DNA of 64,000 nucleotides from Methanobacteriota archaeon (GCA_963719035.1 CAVRAO010000002.1:576001-640000); one strand, 5' to 3'. Positions 19,432 to 30,478 are shown, counted from the stretch's first letter. The notes: generated from the letters alone by a model not told the origin. Numbers and translations are program-made.

Positions 19432-20265
19432 ATGAAAAGGTATTGCCCAAGTTGTGGAACCCCAATAACCAAACAGGCCAAATATTGCGAGCAATGTGGC
19501 CTGGCTTTGCGTCAAGCTCGTTCGCTTGCTAATTCAACAAGTGTTGTCAATCGTGACGATCGCGCTCAACTGACTGTGAGTCAAACAGGCCACACCAATC
19601 AAGCACTGGGAAACAAGGGAGCAACATCATCTCGTTGGAGGCGTGCACTCCTAGACCCGTCAACGCTCGCCCTTCTCGTTTCTAACGTCGTTGTCATAGC
19701 TTTTGCTTTCGATCAACAGTGGAGCCTGATAACGCTGCTATGGATTTATTGGGCGCAAAGCGTTATTATCGGCGTGTTTTACGTGTTTAAGATCCTCGAC
19801 TTGACGCATTTTTCGACAAACGGCTTCTACGTAAACGATAAGCCAGTTGCCCCCACAGAAGAGACAAAGCGGCAAACGGCGTTGTTTTTCGCCATTCACT
19901 ATGGGATTTTTCATCTCGTGTATTTCTTTTTTCTTGTAGTCTTCACATTTATCGGATTCTGGCAGGTTTCAGCTTACAGCACTGCTGCAGCTAGTGTTCT
20001 TTTTATTCTCGCCAGTATCGCCTTATTTTTTGCAAATCACCTCTACTCTTTTTTACACAACCGTGAACAGGAACGCGAACGGATAAGGAACATTGGCAGC
20101 GTGATGTTCTCCCCGTATGCACGAATTATTCCGATGCAGCTCACGCTTATTCTTGGCGTTTTCCTCGTTGACCAAGCGGCCCTAATCCTATTTCTTGCGT
20201 TAAAAACGGTCGCGGACGTCATTACGCACGTCGCAGAGCACGCTCAGGATCTACCAAGCGCGTAA
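19432..20265 (+). CDS. Zinc-ribbon + multi-TM membrane protein (DUF6498-like)
   Basis: CPSCG...CEQCG; WIYWAQSVIIG, FFAIHYGIFHLVY, FSPYARIIPM. Confidence 0.7.
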   Translation: MKRYCPSCGTPITKQAKYCEQCGLALRQARSLANSTSVVNRDDRAQLTVSQTGHTNQALGNKGATSSRWRRALLDPSTLALLVSNVVVIAFAFDQQWSLITLLWIYWAQSVIIGVFYVFKILDLTHFSTNGFYVNDKPVAPTEETKRQTALFFAIHYGIFHLVYFFFLVVFTFIGFWQVSAYSTAAASVLFILASIALFFANHLYSFLHNREQERERIRNIGSVMFSPYARIIPMQLTLILGVFLVDQAALILFLALKTVADVITHVAEHAQDLPSA

Positions 20266-20510
20266 CAGTGCTCGGCCGGAGCGAAAAACAAGCGATCTTA
20301 TTTACGTTAAAATAGCGAATAGGAAGCCGCTCTAGAGTCAGTTATTCTTCGCGAAGGGTCCGCCCCCATTCACGAGACTGCGCGAAACGCAACAGAGCGG
20401 ATAAATAAACGTGAGTGACTTAACACAACGTATAGAGATGACCCATACACCTCTTCTAAACTTTTGCGCGCTAAGTGCAAAGCTAGGGCGAGCAGTCGTG
20501 AGACCCCCGC

Positions 20511-21944
20511 ATGCAACCCAACAATACCTTTAAGAAGCTTACCTTCTTTGACGTCACCAATTTGCTCGTCGGCGCCATCGTCGGCGCTGATATTTACGTT
20601 GTTGCCTCCTTGGGGAGCCAATATCTCGGGCCTGCAAGCCTTGTTGCGTGGATTGCCGCCGGAGCGATCGCCATCATCATAGCGCTCAACTTTGCTGAAT
20701 GCGCAACGCTCGTGCCACGGGTCGGCGGCGCCTATGCGTACGCACGGGAGGTGTGGGGAGATTTCGCGGGGTTTGCCGTCGGCTGGGCGCTCTGGCTCGC
20801 CGAGGTGGCGGCGCTCGCCGTTTTTCCCGTTGCCTTCGTGCAGTACTTCACGTTTTTCTTCCCCACCCTCACCACAGCAGAAGGCGCGGCCATTAAAGTG
20901 CTTTTCATCGCGTCGATCACCTACGTGAACATACGCGGGACAAAGATGGCAGGAAGAGCCAATGACGTTCTCACGATTGCGAAGCTCAGCCCTCTTCTGC
21001 TGTTAATCGTCGCGGGGTTGATCTACATGGCATTTAATCCGGCGGCCACCTATGCGAACTTCGTGCCCTTTGCCCCGCTCGGCTTCGATCACTTTGGACA
21101 GGCGCTCATTTTGATCTTCTGGGCGTACGCAGGATTTGAACTCGCAGTTATTCCGTCGAACGAGATTGAAAATCCGACCCGGACGATACCCAAAGCTATC
21201 ATTGTCGGAATGGCGATAGTCACGCTGTTCTACCTGTTGACGAACTTCGTCATCATCGGCGTTGTTAACTGGACGTCGCTGCAGTTCGATCCCGCACCCC
21301 TTGCCACCGCTGGCAGCGTGGCGTTTTCGCTGACGCCCACGCTGGCGCTGGTCGGCGGCCTCGTGCTCGGCGTTGGCGCGCTCATATCCGTTTCCGGGTC
21401 CGATGAGTCGGGCACGTTGTCGACATCCCGACTGTCCTATGCCATCTCACTCGACGGTCTCTTTCCACGTTTTTTCAGCGACCTTCACGCGCGATACGGC
21501 ACGCCGCATAAGAGTCTCATCGCCCAAGGCGTTCTCGCGTTGGGCCTCTCGCTGTTCGGGGGCTTGACTCAGCTCATCCTCTTTTCGACCTTTAACCTTG
21601 CGTTCGTGTATCTCACCACTTGTGCAGTGGTTCTCGCGCTGCGAGAGCGAGGACGGATTAAAGCCGGCCGCACCCTCACTGAAAAGATGACCGGACCGAT
21701 TCTCCCTGTCGCGGGCATACTCTTGTCGGCGCTTTTGATCTTTGAAAGCGGCATAACAACGGTCATTTTTGGACTCATAACGATTGCAATAGGGGTCCCT
21801 ATTTACGCGTTCTATTCACCACGGAGCGAGTTAGGGGTCGTTAAAGCGACGTTTTATTCCACGGAAGCTATACTTGCGCGAGTTGCGCGGACGCAGCGGG
21901 TCTTTCTGGGATATTTGTTACGACTAGTAACGCCCCGACGCTGA
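20511..21944 (+). CDS. APC-family amino acid permease
   Basis: VGAIVGADIY, GGAYAYA, FWAYAGFE; about 12 TM segments. Confidence 0.9.
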   Translation: MQPNNTFKKLTFFDVTNLLVGAIVGADIYVVASLGSQYLGPASLVAWIAAGAIAIIIALNFAECATLVPRVGGAYAYAREVWGDFAGFAVGWALWLAEVAALAVFPVAFVQYFTFFFPTLTTAEGAAIKVLFIASITYVNIRGTKMAGRANDVLTIAKLSPLLLLIVAGLIYMAFNPAATYANFVPFAPLGFDHFGQALILIFWAYAGFELAVIPSNEIENPTRTIPKAIIVGMAIVTLFYLLTNFVIIGVVNWTSLQFDPAPLATAGSVAFSLTPTLALVGGLVLGVGALISVSGSDESGTLSTSRLSYAISLDGLFPRFFSDLHARYGTPHKSLIAQGVLALGLSLFGGLTQLILFSTFNLAFVYLTTCAVVLALRERGRIKAGRTLTEKMTGPILPVAGILLSALLIFESGITTVIFGLITIAIGVPIYAFYSPRSELGVVKATFYSTEAILARVARTQRVFLGYLLRLVTPRR

Positions 21945-22228
21945 CTCTAGCCCCGCAGATGGCGCCAATTTCGCTCTGCTCAGTGAGCTGCTTGACCGCA
22001 CGGCGACTTTTCTACCGTTGAAAACGAGCTAGCGTGTCAGCAAATCCTCATCGCGGTTTGCTCCGGCATGGGCCAGCCGGAAGACAACCGGAACTGCACT
22101 AAAAGGAGGCCACAAGCTACGTGTTTGCGCCCTGGCACCGGCTCAGAAAGGCTTAAGCTTATTCTCGCTCATGCAACATACTTGATTAATTCTTTTGAAA
22201 TCACAGGACGTTGAAGAAGGCGAAACGG

Positions 22229-22771
22229 ATGGCAAAAAAAACGGTAGCGATCATTGCGCTGCTTATTATCGCGTCTCTATCAGTCGCCGGCTGCACGAAG
22301 TCGACCACGACCGCGCCAGCGACGCCCCCCGACTCGCAGCTGGCGCAATACATCGCGCGATATAACGCCACGTTAAATAGTGAACACCTGAACAACGTGA
22401 CGGCGTGGCGTGTCATCCCCATAAATGCGACGTCTGCGAAGATACAGGATGCCTGGACGTACCCGTCGCCTACAAACAGTGCAGTAAGCGTCACTTACAG
22501 TGAAAACGTCACGCTAATTAGGTTCAATTCTCCTGAGCAGGCGACAACATTCGTTAGCAACCAGAGTGCGGGCTACCGATTAGTAGCGACCTCGTTTCCG
22601 AATAAGCTCAGTCCCGAAGCGAATCAGCGGGCGAAAGGAAACGGCACGAGCGTTTATGCCATTTATGATACAGGTTCCTCACTAGGGACTGTAGCCAAGC
22701 TGATTGTCCAGACCGATCAATACGTTTGGATTGGCGACTATCAATACTTTGAATACTTGCCATCGCCCTGA
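22229..22771 (+). CDS. Predicted lipoprotein
   Basis: Signal peptide with lipobox SVAGC. Confidence 0.65.
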   Translation: MAKKTVAIIALLIIASLSVAGCTKSTTTAPATPPDSQLAQYIARYNATLNSEHLNNVTAWRVIPINATSAKIQDAWTYPSPTNSAVSVTYSENVTLIRFNSPEQATTFVSNQSAGYRLVATSFPNKLSPEANQRAKGNGTSVYAIYDTGSSLGTVAKLIVQTDQYVWIGDYQYFEYLPSP

Positions 22772-22979
22772 CAGGCTGACGCCGGTCTTGCATACGCGTT
22801 CTTGCCCATGTTGAAGCTCAGCTCAGTGTGAACAAGAAGCTCTCGAGTGCGGCTCACGGTTGTCTTCAAACGGTGCGCCTAAATGGTCACGGTCAAAAGA
22901 ACATACTTAAACGGTAGTACTTCTTTTTATGTCTCTGTTTTTGTTAGTCTTGAAACGAACGAGCTGGGAGGTCGAGCGC

Positions 22980-23606
22980 GTGATACGAAAAGTCGCGATA
23001 ATGTGCGTCGTGCTGGCGCTCGTGAGCGTTCTTGCGGTAGTGGCCGGTTGCACTTCTGCAAACCCCGCAAGCCCAACCCCGTCGACGCAAACAGGAACGG
23101 CCACAACCAACGCTAGCGCCACGCCATCGCCCACTAACCGCCAACCCACAACAATTCCGATCATACCATTTCCGATTGTGACGCCCTCACCCGCCTCCAC
23201 CCCGGCCGGGGCCCGGGTCGCCACAACCCTCCGCGTTTGGGAGGGATATATGGGCCAGCCCGCGTTTTGGCTTGACTATCCGATGTATTACGTGGCACTC
23301 AAGCAGGGAGGCTCTGAGCAAGTCCGCTATGTGATAAACGGCGCGGATGGAAAACACCCGTGTGGCTTGGCGAACTACTACATAGATAACCAGGCAGCAG
23401 GCGGCACGTGGGATATCACAAAGCCACAGCCCCAATATTGGCAAGGTTGTCCCGGAGGACTGCCAGGTGGAGCCGGAGGGCTCTACCTATACCCCAATGA
23501 CACGGCAAAGTTTGCGGTCGGATGGCACACGCTGAAAATAGACTACCTAGGAGATAGCACCTACGCGCCCTCACAATTCGTGGCCCCATTTTTGGTGGTG
23601 CCATAA
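22980..23606 (+). CDS. Predicted lipoprotein with Pro/Thr linker and Ig-like C-terminal domain
   Basis: VVAGC lipobox, PT-rich linker, GWHTLKIDYLGDSTYAPS Ig-like terminus. Confidence 0.7.
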   Translation: MIRKVAIMCVVLALVSVLAVVAGCTSANPASPTPSTQTGTATTNASATPSPTNRQPTTIPIIPFPIVTPSPASTPAGARVATTLRVWEGYMGQPAFWLDYPMYYVALKQGGSEQVRYVINGADGKHPCGLANYYIDNQAAGGTWDITKPQPQYWQGCPGGLPGGAGGLYLYPNDTAKFAVGWHTLKIDYLGDSTYAPSQFVAPFLVVP

Positions 23607-23709
23607 ATCAACAATTGAAAATATATGGGCAGAAGCGGCATAAAACCGCATCGAAACGCTTGGCGGCCTACAAAAAGAGCTTAAGAACAGCGTGCCGCAC
23701 CATTTAATC

Positions 23710-23744
23710 AAAAAAAAGGCGCTGTAGCGAAAGCTTTGCAGCGC
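23710..23744 (-). terminator. Hairpin plus U-tract terminator candidate
   Basis: GCGCTGTAG...TGCAGCGC stem next to an A8 run (T8 on the minus strand), just after the microprotein pseudogene stop. Confidence 0.45.
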
Positions 23745-23752
23745 GTTTTCGT

Positions 23753-23908
23753 CTAGTTCTTATGAGCGGTCGGTCGAAGCACGCTGTTCACGGCATTGGC
23801 GAGGCGCTCTGCACATTTGTTGCAGTTCGGATCGTTGGTCGTGTTCACGCAGCCGAACGAAGTCCATACAGACAGGCGTTTTTTTTAATGGAATGTGTTC
23901 GTTGCCAT
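23753..23908 (-). pseudogene. Frameshifted Cys-rich microprotein (family member 2)
   Basis: Reconstructs as MATNTF..KNACLYGLR(F)GCVNTTNDPNCNKCAERLANAVNSVLRPTAHKN with compensating +1/-1 shifts. DNA resembles 17090-17150 and 17310-17422. Confidence 0.6.
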
Positions 23909-23979
23909 CACGCTCACTCTGATTTAAGCTGCACAGAAAAATCGTATAAGGTCGCGTGAGGCAGCGATTTCGTGGAAAA

Positions 23980-24004
23980 GCGTGACAGCGTGTCTGTGTC
24001 ACAC
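23980..24004. promoter_or_regulatory. Palindromic operator-like site GTGACA-N9-TGTCAC
   Basis: GCGTGACAGCGTGTCTGTGTCACAC. Confidence 0.6.
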
Positions 24005-24101
24005 ACGGCGTGAGTCGGCGAGATTCGCAAACAGCGAAATTTAACTACTTGCGCGCCGCTCTTAGCGAATAAACATCCAGGTTCACAACTCGTTTTCGAC
24101 T

Positions 24102-24341
24102 ATGAACAGCGACTGCATAGAAGTCGATGAGCTTATACTAAAACTAGCGGATTACAAAAATGACTATACCGACGTGGCGGCCGAAAAGCGGTTACGCAAG
24201 TGCTCGCGTTCTTGGGAAGCGTACCAGTATCTGGAGAACCATGAGCACGACGCGTGGCTTCCAGACAGCGCACGGCAACAATTAATGCGGAGTATAAACC
24301 GGATACGGGTGCGAATGCGTCAGCAGTATGAGTACGGTTGA
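24102..24341 (+). CDS. Hypothetical protein
   Basis: 79-aa ORF with protein-like composition; no motif recognised. Confidence 0.5.
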   Translation: MNSDCIEVDELILKLADYKNDYTDVAAEKRLRKCSRSWEAYQYLENHEHDAWLPDSARQQLMRSINRIRVRMRQQYEYG

Positions 24342-24436
24342 GTCTATCACTACGCGACCACTCTGAAGTTAAATCGGCAACGTTAGAGGATCTGCTGAAC
24401 TGACTACAGACGTCGGGGGCTTCAGCTCAACTGTTT

Positions 24437-25093
24437 TCACTTGAGAATTATCTCTTCGACGGCACGTCTCTTTCGCGGAGCGGGAGCCTCATCAGGGTAA
24501 CCGAGCGGTAGCAGAGCAACTACATGGATGTTATTTTTCCAGCCAAAGATGGCTTTAATTTTCTGTTCGTCGAGCATCCTTACCCAACAACTTCCCAAGC
24601 CAAAATCCAAGGCCCTCAATACAATATGCTCAATAGCAATTGCAACATTGAAAGCGATGCCTGGCGCTAGCTCCTGGACATTCATGGTTTTAAGTTGTTC
24701 GGCTCGTTCACGAAGAACACGCATCATTGTCTCCTCAAGCGCCCCCTCCTTTCCAAATTCCTGACTTCTAGCTGTGATTCCTTCAAAATAGCCGTGCAGG
24801 TCTGCACAACAGACAAGCACAACGGGCGCCTGCGCAACAAACGATTGGTGATAGGCAGCTTCCGCCAATTTCGCCTTTTTCTCGTCGTCTAAAACTATCT
24901 TAAACCGCCACGGTTGTGTATTGGAAGCTGATGGCGCTAGTCTCGCAGCTTCGATCAGTGCCATAATATACTCATCTGGCACGGGATCCCGCTTAAATTT
25001 CCTTATACTGCGCCTTTTTTCGATAGCGTCCTTTGTTGGTAAATTCAGTGTGGCCATATCGGACAGGTTTCTCTCGCTTCGCATCTCCTTCAT
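24437..25093 (-). CDS. Nitroreductase family protein
   Basis: KRRSIRKF, APSASNTQPWRF, GLGSCW, LPLGYP. Confidence 0.92.
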   Translation of the reverse strand: MKEMRSERNLSDMATLNLPTKDAIEKRRSIRKFKRDPVPDEYIMALIEAARLAPSASNTQPWRFKIVLDDEKKAKLAEAAYHQSFVAQAPVVLVCCADLHGYFEGITARSQEFGKEGALEETMMRVLRERAEQLKTMNVQELAPGIAFNVAIAIEHIVLRALDFGLGSCWVRMLDEQKIKAIFGWKNNIHVVALLPLGYPDEAPAPRKRRAVEEIILK

Positions 25094-25175
25094 TGCTTTA
25101 GTATCTATGCGCTAAACATTTAAAAAGTATAATGGACTCAAATCAGCCGAGGCATACAAGATACTGCAACCGTCG

Positions 25176-25463
25176 TCAGACCAATGATGCGTCCTTGCAG
25201 ATCACTTGTGCGCGTGCCTTACCTACCGAGGTCAATCGGGCACTACTCTGGATAGTGTAAGTTGAGCCTTTGACTTCGATCCACCCGTCCTCAACAAGGC
25301 GCTCGAGAAAGTCTTGTATTTCATCTTCACTGCAACCTGTTTTTCGCGCTGCTTCTGGAACGACCAGCCAGCCACCTGTATCGCTTTGACCTTCTTCAAA
25401 ATTCAAGCGCGCTAATTGACAGAAAAAATAATCTCGACGATTTTTTTCATCGGCGCCTTCCAT
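25176..25463 (-). CDS. Small winged-helix protein
   Basis: EAARKTGCSEDEIQDFLERLVEDGWIE...RLTSVGK wHTH pattern. Confidence 0.55.
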   Translation of the reverse strand: MEGADEKNRRDYFFCQLARLNFEEGQSDTGGWLVVPEAARKTGCSEDEIQDFLERLVEDGWIEVKGSTYTIQSSARLTSVGKARAQVICKDASLV

Positions 25464-25704
25464 ATCTAGCTTCCTTTTTACGTTGCTCTGAATTGCGTCA
25501 GTACTAATGACCCCTCCAGCGTCCTCGAATTAGACGCATGCAGTAATCAGAATTACCCTACCTTATCGCAATTTCTCTTTATGAATAAGAATCTTGCACG
25601 ATCAGATTCCGCTTCAGACAGCAAAAACCAAGGAAAAAGAGGAATACGGGTCGTAATTTTTTAGAAGATACAGCTTGCGAAGACGGATCACACTCGCGCT
25701 TAAA

Positions 25705-27954
25705 TTATTTCTCAACAATCGGGAGCTTCACCGTGAAGGTCGATCCTTTTCCCACCTCACTCTCAACGATTATTTCCCCACCGTGCGCTTCAACGATCCG
25801 CTTTACCACTGCGAGTCCGAGTCCCGTCCCCTTGGCCTTGCCCGTAAAAAGGGGCTTAAAGAGCTTGTCTTTGAAGTCCTCGCGGATTCCAGTTCCCGTA
25901 TCGCTCACACGCACTGCAATTGCGCCGTCTTCCGAAAACGCATCAACGTTGAGTTTCCCTCCGCCCGGCATCGCCTGCGTGGCGTTGAGGAGGAGATTTG
26001 CAAATACACGATGGAGGAGGAGAGGATCTGCCATCACGTGCAGATTTGGAATCCGCACCTCAATACGCACATCGTCTGTCGGCGGCAGTGATTTGATAAC
26101 GTCTTCGATTAACCCCTTTATATCGACCGCTTCGTTCTCAGGGACGATCGGACGTGCAAAGTCTTGGAGATCGCCGACGATCTTGTTCATGTAGAAAACT
26201 TGTTCGCTAATTTTGTCAAAAAGCTCAGATTCCCTTTCCCAATCGTCAGGACCGCGTTGCTCGGAAGGGATTCGCTCGATGCGGAGCCTTTGCAGGTCAA
26301 CGACATATTGGAGGACTTGTAACGGATTTCTGAGATCGTGACCTATCATCGCGGCGGTCTCGCCGATGCCTGCTAAGCGTTCGGCATTTTTGAGCGCCTC
26401 TTCCGTCTTTTTAAGCTCGGTAAAGTCAATGCCGACAGCTAAGTGTCCTGTGGGCCGCCCATCTCTGTCGCTGAGCCTCTCGTTAGCCCACTGGATCCAC
26501 ACGCGCTGTCCGTCCTTCGTGACGTTCTCGTTGAGGGTGATAGGATAATCAGCAGGGGAAGTTAGGATGCTGTTGACAAGGGGCTTGAGCGGTCTTCCAG
26601 TGCTCTCCACCTCCGGAACGATGATCATAACGTCTTGCCCGATAAGTTCGTCGGGCAAGTAGCCGAAGAAGCTGGCTCCGTAGTCGTTAATGAACGTAAG
26701 AATGCCTTCTGTGTTGGTTGTAAGGATGATGTTGTTTGCAGTTTCGACAAGCGTACGGAACTGCTGCTCGCTCTCTTTGAGCCGGGCAGTCCGCTCGTCG
26801 ACAAGCGCTTCGAGATGCCCAGAGTAACGCTGTAATTCCCCTTCTGCCCGCTTCAGTTCGGTAAGATCTCTCGCTGCAGCAAACACTCCTTGAACCTTGC
26901 CAGCTTCATCCTGGTATACCGTGGCGTTGTACATTACGTCAGTGATGCTCCCGGACTTATTTTGAATTGCCAACGCGTAGTCCTTGACAAAACCATCGGC
27001 GAACACCTGCTGGTACCCTCTGCGTGCCACTTCGGGTTCAGTAAAGTAGTCGCTGAAGTCACTGCCGATAAGCTCGTCACGAGCGTACCCGGTCACCTCT
27101 TCCGTAGCCTTGTTGGCGTCGGTGATCTTACCTTCGGCATTGATGGTGACGAGGGGGTCGAGACTCGCTTCGATGAGGCTTCTCGCGTAGAGAGATGCTG
27201 CACGGAGTTTCTCTTCGGCTTGCTGCCGATCGGTGATGTCTCTTGTCGTCTCGAGAATTGCGACCGGAACATTCCGCGCACCGTACTGCAAAGTCCAGTT
27301 GCTACTGACCGTGATCCCGGCGCCGGCGCGCCTAGTTTGTCGTAGCTCTCCCTCCCATCGCCCTGTGCGGAAGAGGTAGTCGGTGATCTCCTCAAGAGAT
27401 GCGGGAAATACGGTCTTCAGCACCGAATGAATCAGTTCCCCTCGTACGTCGTCTTGCTTCCATCCGTACTGTCGTTCCGCACCCTTGTTCCAATACTTAA
27501 TATGCCCATCGAGATCAAAGATGATGATTGCATCATTCGCTGCGTCAAGCATATCGAGGAGCAGTTGTTCATCAATGGCATCGCGTTCCTCTGTCACATC
27601 GTGTCCGAGCATGAGCACGCGCGTGACAGAGCCGTTCCTCATCGTCACAGGATAGAGGGACACTCGAAAACGCCGCCCTTCATGAAGCTCCTCAGCGTGT
27701 ATTGGCGCTCGTGAGGACGCCACTTCTTTCATCCACTTCCTTCGCATCCCTGCTACATCAGCGGGATGAGCATCGTACGCGCAGGTGCCGACAAGCGCGG
27801 CTGCACCAGTGCTAAATCGCTCCAAGGCTGCGTCGTTGACGGCGAGTACCATTCCGTCAGCGTCCATAAGCAACGCCGCGTCAGAAAAAACGCTGAGGAA
27901 GTCTGGAACTATTTCAAATAGATCCGCTGATCCATCGCTGCGCGGTTTGATCAC
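25705..27954 (-). CDS. Multi-PAS sensor histidine kinase
   Basis: Four PAS-like repeats, H-box GHDLRNPL, N-box NLLLNA, G boxes DTGTG and GTGLGL. Confidence 0.95.
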   Translation of the reverse strand: MIKPRSDGSADLFEIVPDFLSVFSDAALLMDADGMVLAVNDAALERFSTGAAALVGTCAYDAHPADVAGMRRKWMKEVASSRAPIHAEELHEGRRFRVSLYPVTMRNGSVTRVLMLGHDVTEERDAIDEQLLLDMLDAANDAIIIFDLDGHIKYWNKGAERQYGWKQDDVRGELIHSVLKTVFPASLEEITDYLFRTGRWEGELRQTRRAGAGITVSSNWTLQYGARNVPVAILETTRDITDRQQAEEKLRAASLYARSLIEASLDPLVTINAEGKITDANKATEEVTGYARDELIGSDFSDYFTEPEVARRGYQQVFADGFVKDYALAIQNKSGSITDVMYNATVYQDEAGKVQGVFAAARDLTELKRAEGELQRYSGHLEALVDERTARLKESEQQFRTLVETANNIILTTNTEGILTFINDYGASFFGYLPDELIGQDVMIIVPEVESTGRPLKPLVNSILTSPADYPITLNENVTKDGQRVWIQWANERLSDRDGRPTGHLAVGIDFTELKKTEEALKNAERLAGIGETAAMIGHDLRNPLQVLQYVVDLQRLRIERIPSEQRGPDDWERESELFDKISEQVFYMNKIVGDLQDFARPIVPENEAVDIKGLIEDVIKSLPPTDDVRIEVRIPNLHVMADPLLLHRVFANLLLNATQAMPGGGKLNVDAFSEDGAIAVRVSDTGTGIREDFKDKLFKPLFTGKAKGTGLGLAVVKRIVEAHGGEIIVESEVGKGSTFTVKLPIVEK

Positions 27955-28080
27955 TGCCTTATCACCAATAGCCGTTCAGTCGTGATCGAATGTCTAGCTG
28001 CCAACAAACGTTACTTTCGCGAATATAAGGTTTCACCCATGAAAAACAGCCGCGACCGGCTATTTCTGCAGCTTACAAGA

Positions 28081-28335
28081 TTACGAAGGCTCTGTGTGCT
28101 CGGCATCGTCTTTTTTCAACCGCTCGTAGAGTTCTGGGCCGACGCACTCTTTCGCATAAGCACACCAATGGACGCACATGTTCATTTCATTAAAAACCTC
28201 TAGTCCACACTTGCTGCATCGTACTTTGACATCTGACGAAAAAATCTCAATATCCTCATTACATCGCGGGCATTTCTTGATTGTAAGGGTCGGCGTACGT
28301 AAGCGCGACGCCCCTGGACAACTGCCGAACATCAT
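28081..28335 (-). CDS. Small Cys-rich metal-binding protein
   Basis: CPGA...CPRC...CSKCG...CVHWCAYAKEC. Confidence 0.75.
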   Translation of the reverse strand: MMFGSCPGASRLRTPTLTIKKCPRCNEDIEIFSSDVKVRCSKCGLEVFNEMNMCVHWCAYAKECVGPELYERLKKDDAEHTEPS

Positions 28336-28568
28336 CCTCTCCTACGCTGCTCTCAGGCTTTTTTCATAAACATTTTAGACTAACGAGAGCTCGCTACGCT
28401 GCTGCAATGAATTGTTATATACTGAATATTAAGCATTTTCACGATTCGTGCATACGAGATTATTGGCGTTTGCTTAATCACTAAATTCCGTCTGTCGTCC
28501 AGTCTATGCAAGTTTTTGAGATCGCGATGCCTAAGCTTGCGTTCGACGTGCTCGAAGCGGAAGAGTAT

Positions 28569-29024
28569 TCACCAATATTTCTTACCTGCAAGAAACGCAT
28601 CGACGCCGTGTTTCTGTATTTTTTTAAGATTCTTAATGTTCGCGTCTCCGTGTGCTGGCGTTAGAAAATTAAATTTATCACACGTTTCAAAGTCGTTACA
28701 CTCCCAGCACCCCTGAAAGTCGTGCTTGCGGGCACAATTCCTAATCTTGCACTGCGGTGGCCCTCCGTTGTCGCGGCATCCACGTTTGCATCGGAGCTTC
28801 ACCATGGCTCCTAACGTTTCATAGCACTGTGGATAATTAGCGAAGGGCTTAAAAACTACCGCTAGTGCTGGGGCGATACGTTCAAATCGATACTCACGTA
28901 GCTTCCTTCTCAGATCTCGAGCTAGATCTGGTATCTCTCCCGCGTTCGGGCAGTTATCGCAGCATAGCCCGCAGTAAGCGATCCGATGGATACCTTCGTT
29001 TGGTTCACTAGCATGTGTAGTCAT
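28569..29024 (-). CDS. DUF3795-like Cys-rich protein
   Basis: IAYCGLCCDNC, CKIRNCA, CWECNDFETC. Confidence 0.8.
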   Translation of the reverse strand: MTTHASEPNEGIHRIAYCGLCCDNCPNAGEIPDLARDLRRKLREYRFERIAPALAVVFKPFANYPQCYETLGAMVKLRCKRGCRDNGGPPQCKIRNCARKHDFQGCWECNDFETCDKFNFLTPAHGDANIKNLKKIQKHGVDAFLAGKKYW

Positions 29025-29310
29025 TGTGCATCACTAAGAAGACGAAGTTGTTATACATCACGATTAAGCGTGTTATAGTGCCTACTAACAAGTGACACAT
29101 TAGAGTTTATATTATGACGTAAAATCGCTATAGTTGTTACATTCATTTTTTTATCTCTCTATCTGTCTTACTGTCGCCAGAGCTTTTCTTAAGTACTCTT
29201 AAGGTGAGGAATAGCATTGGAGATCAAAATGTAAGCAAGCTACTCCGCTCAACAAGCAGCTTGCAGTTGAGCTGTTGTATTTTTTACTCTACGGAGATAT
29301 ATGAAGCTTT

Positions 29311-30144
29311 TTAAAGTGATCTTTTAGGCGGAGGAAAATCGCAAAATTCAAGAGTCCTAACGACGATGACTCTTACTGGAGCATTTTTGACTATCTCATC
29401 TGCGACGCTCCCCAAGATAAACTTGAGCCGTTTAGACCGCTCCGTAGCTCCGATCATGAGCAGATCGTAGTTCCCTGTCTCTGCCTCGTGTAGTATCGTC
29501 TGCGCGATTGGACCTTTTTTAACCACCGACGTGAATTCGATATCAAGTCCTTTAAAAAACGCTCCGATTCTTTCCACAGCTTCAGAGCCTACTTCTCCCT
29601 CTGAAACACTCATAGCCGTGACTTTGCCGCCCGGTCGTTCAACGAGGTTCTTCGCAACTTCAGCAGCCCTCTCTGAGTGTTTATATCCTGATGTAGGGAC
29701 GAGAATTTTTCTAAATCGCGTTTTCGAACCTCGGATATAGCTCATCGATATAACTTCGCAGCATGCGTGCCTAATTACGTGGTTGAACACATCTCCAAGC
29801 ACCACTGATTCGCGCAGCGAACGCAGGCTTGCGCCCATCAATATTACGTCTGACCCCCAGTCCATTGACTTTTCAACTATGACTTCCGCCGCGCTTCGGG
29901 CAGCTACTATCGAGTATTGCATACGTACGTCCGGCTTGTCGCGAGGGCATATCATTATGCCTTGCAACAGTTGTCGCGCTTTCTGCTTTTCCTCGTCAGC
30001 ATATGAATACGGGAGGTGGTAGGGTACTTGTATGACGTGCAACACGTGGAGGGTCCCTTTTGGATCAACAAGCTTAGATGCTATCTCCATCATCTGTTCG
30101 GCCGTTTCAACAAATGAGACCGTCACTAAGATATTGTTGTACAT
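29311..30144 (-). CDS. Universal stress protein (two USP domains)
   Basis: YNNILV, DVILMGA, KILVPTSG, ILGSVADEIVKNAP. Confidence 0.9.
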   Translation of the reverse strand: MYNNILVTVSFVETAEQMMEIASKLVDPKGTLHVLHVIQVPYHLPYSYADEEKQKARQLLQGIMICPRDKPDVRMQYSIVAARSAAEVIVEKSMDWGSDVILMGASLRSLRESVVLGDVFNHVIRHACCEVISMSYIRGSKTRFRKILVPTSGYKHSERAAEVAKNLVERPGGKVTAMSVSEGEVGSEAVERIGAFFKGLDIEFTSVVKKGPIAQTILHEAETGNYDLLMIGATERSKRLKFILGSVADEIVKNAPVRVIVVRTLEFCDFPPPKRSL

Positions 30145-30434
30145 GGGTTTTCATTAAGTGCTGTTTTGCTCAGCTTATGAGCTTTAACAAACCTCACAAG
30201 TTGAAGGGACCTGCGGCCTCCGTAAAAGAGGAGAAGCGGAAATAGCAGCAGATACTTTAGATCCAAGGTGAGAATGAAAAGCATAAAAAAAATCACTGAA
30301 GCAGCAAATATTAGCCCCCCAAGCGTAAAACGAAAGAGAAGCAAACCCCGAGCTCCAGCCCCCATCATACGGACTGATAAAACGTCCTCCTCCGTTGGGG
30401 TAGACCAATCACGTAACGTTTCAATGATGTTCAT
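30126..30434 (-). CDS. Small membrane protein
   Basis: Two hydrophobic segments; lies between the permease and USP in the same orientation. Confidence 0.55.
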   Translation of the reverse strand: MNIIETLRDWSTPTEEDVLSVRMMGAGARGLLLFRFTLGGLIFAASVIFFMLFILTLDLKYLLLFPLLLFYGGRRSLQLVRFVKAHKLSKTALNENPCTTIS

Positions 30435-30478
30435 CGCTTCTTTCGTTCTATATGCACAGCGTTATTTCTTGTTATGCA

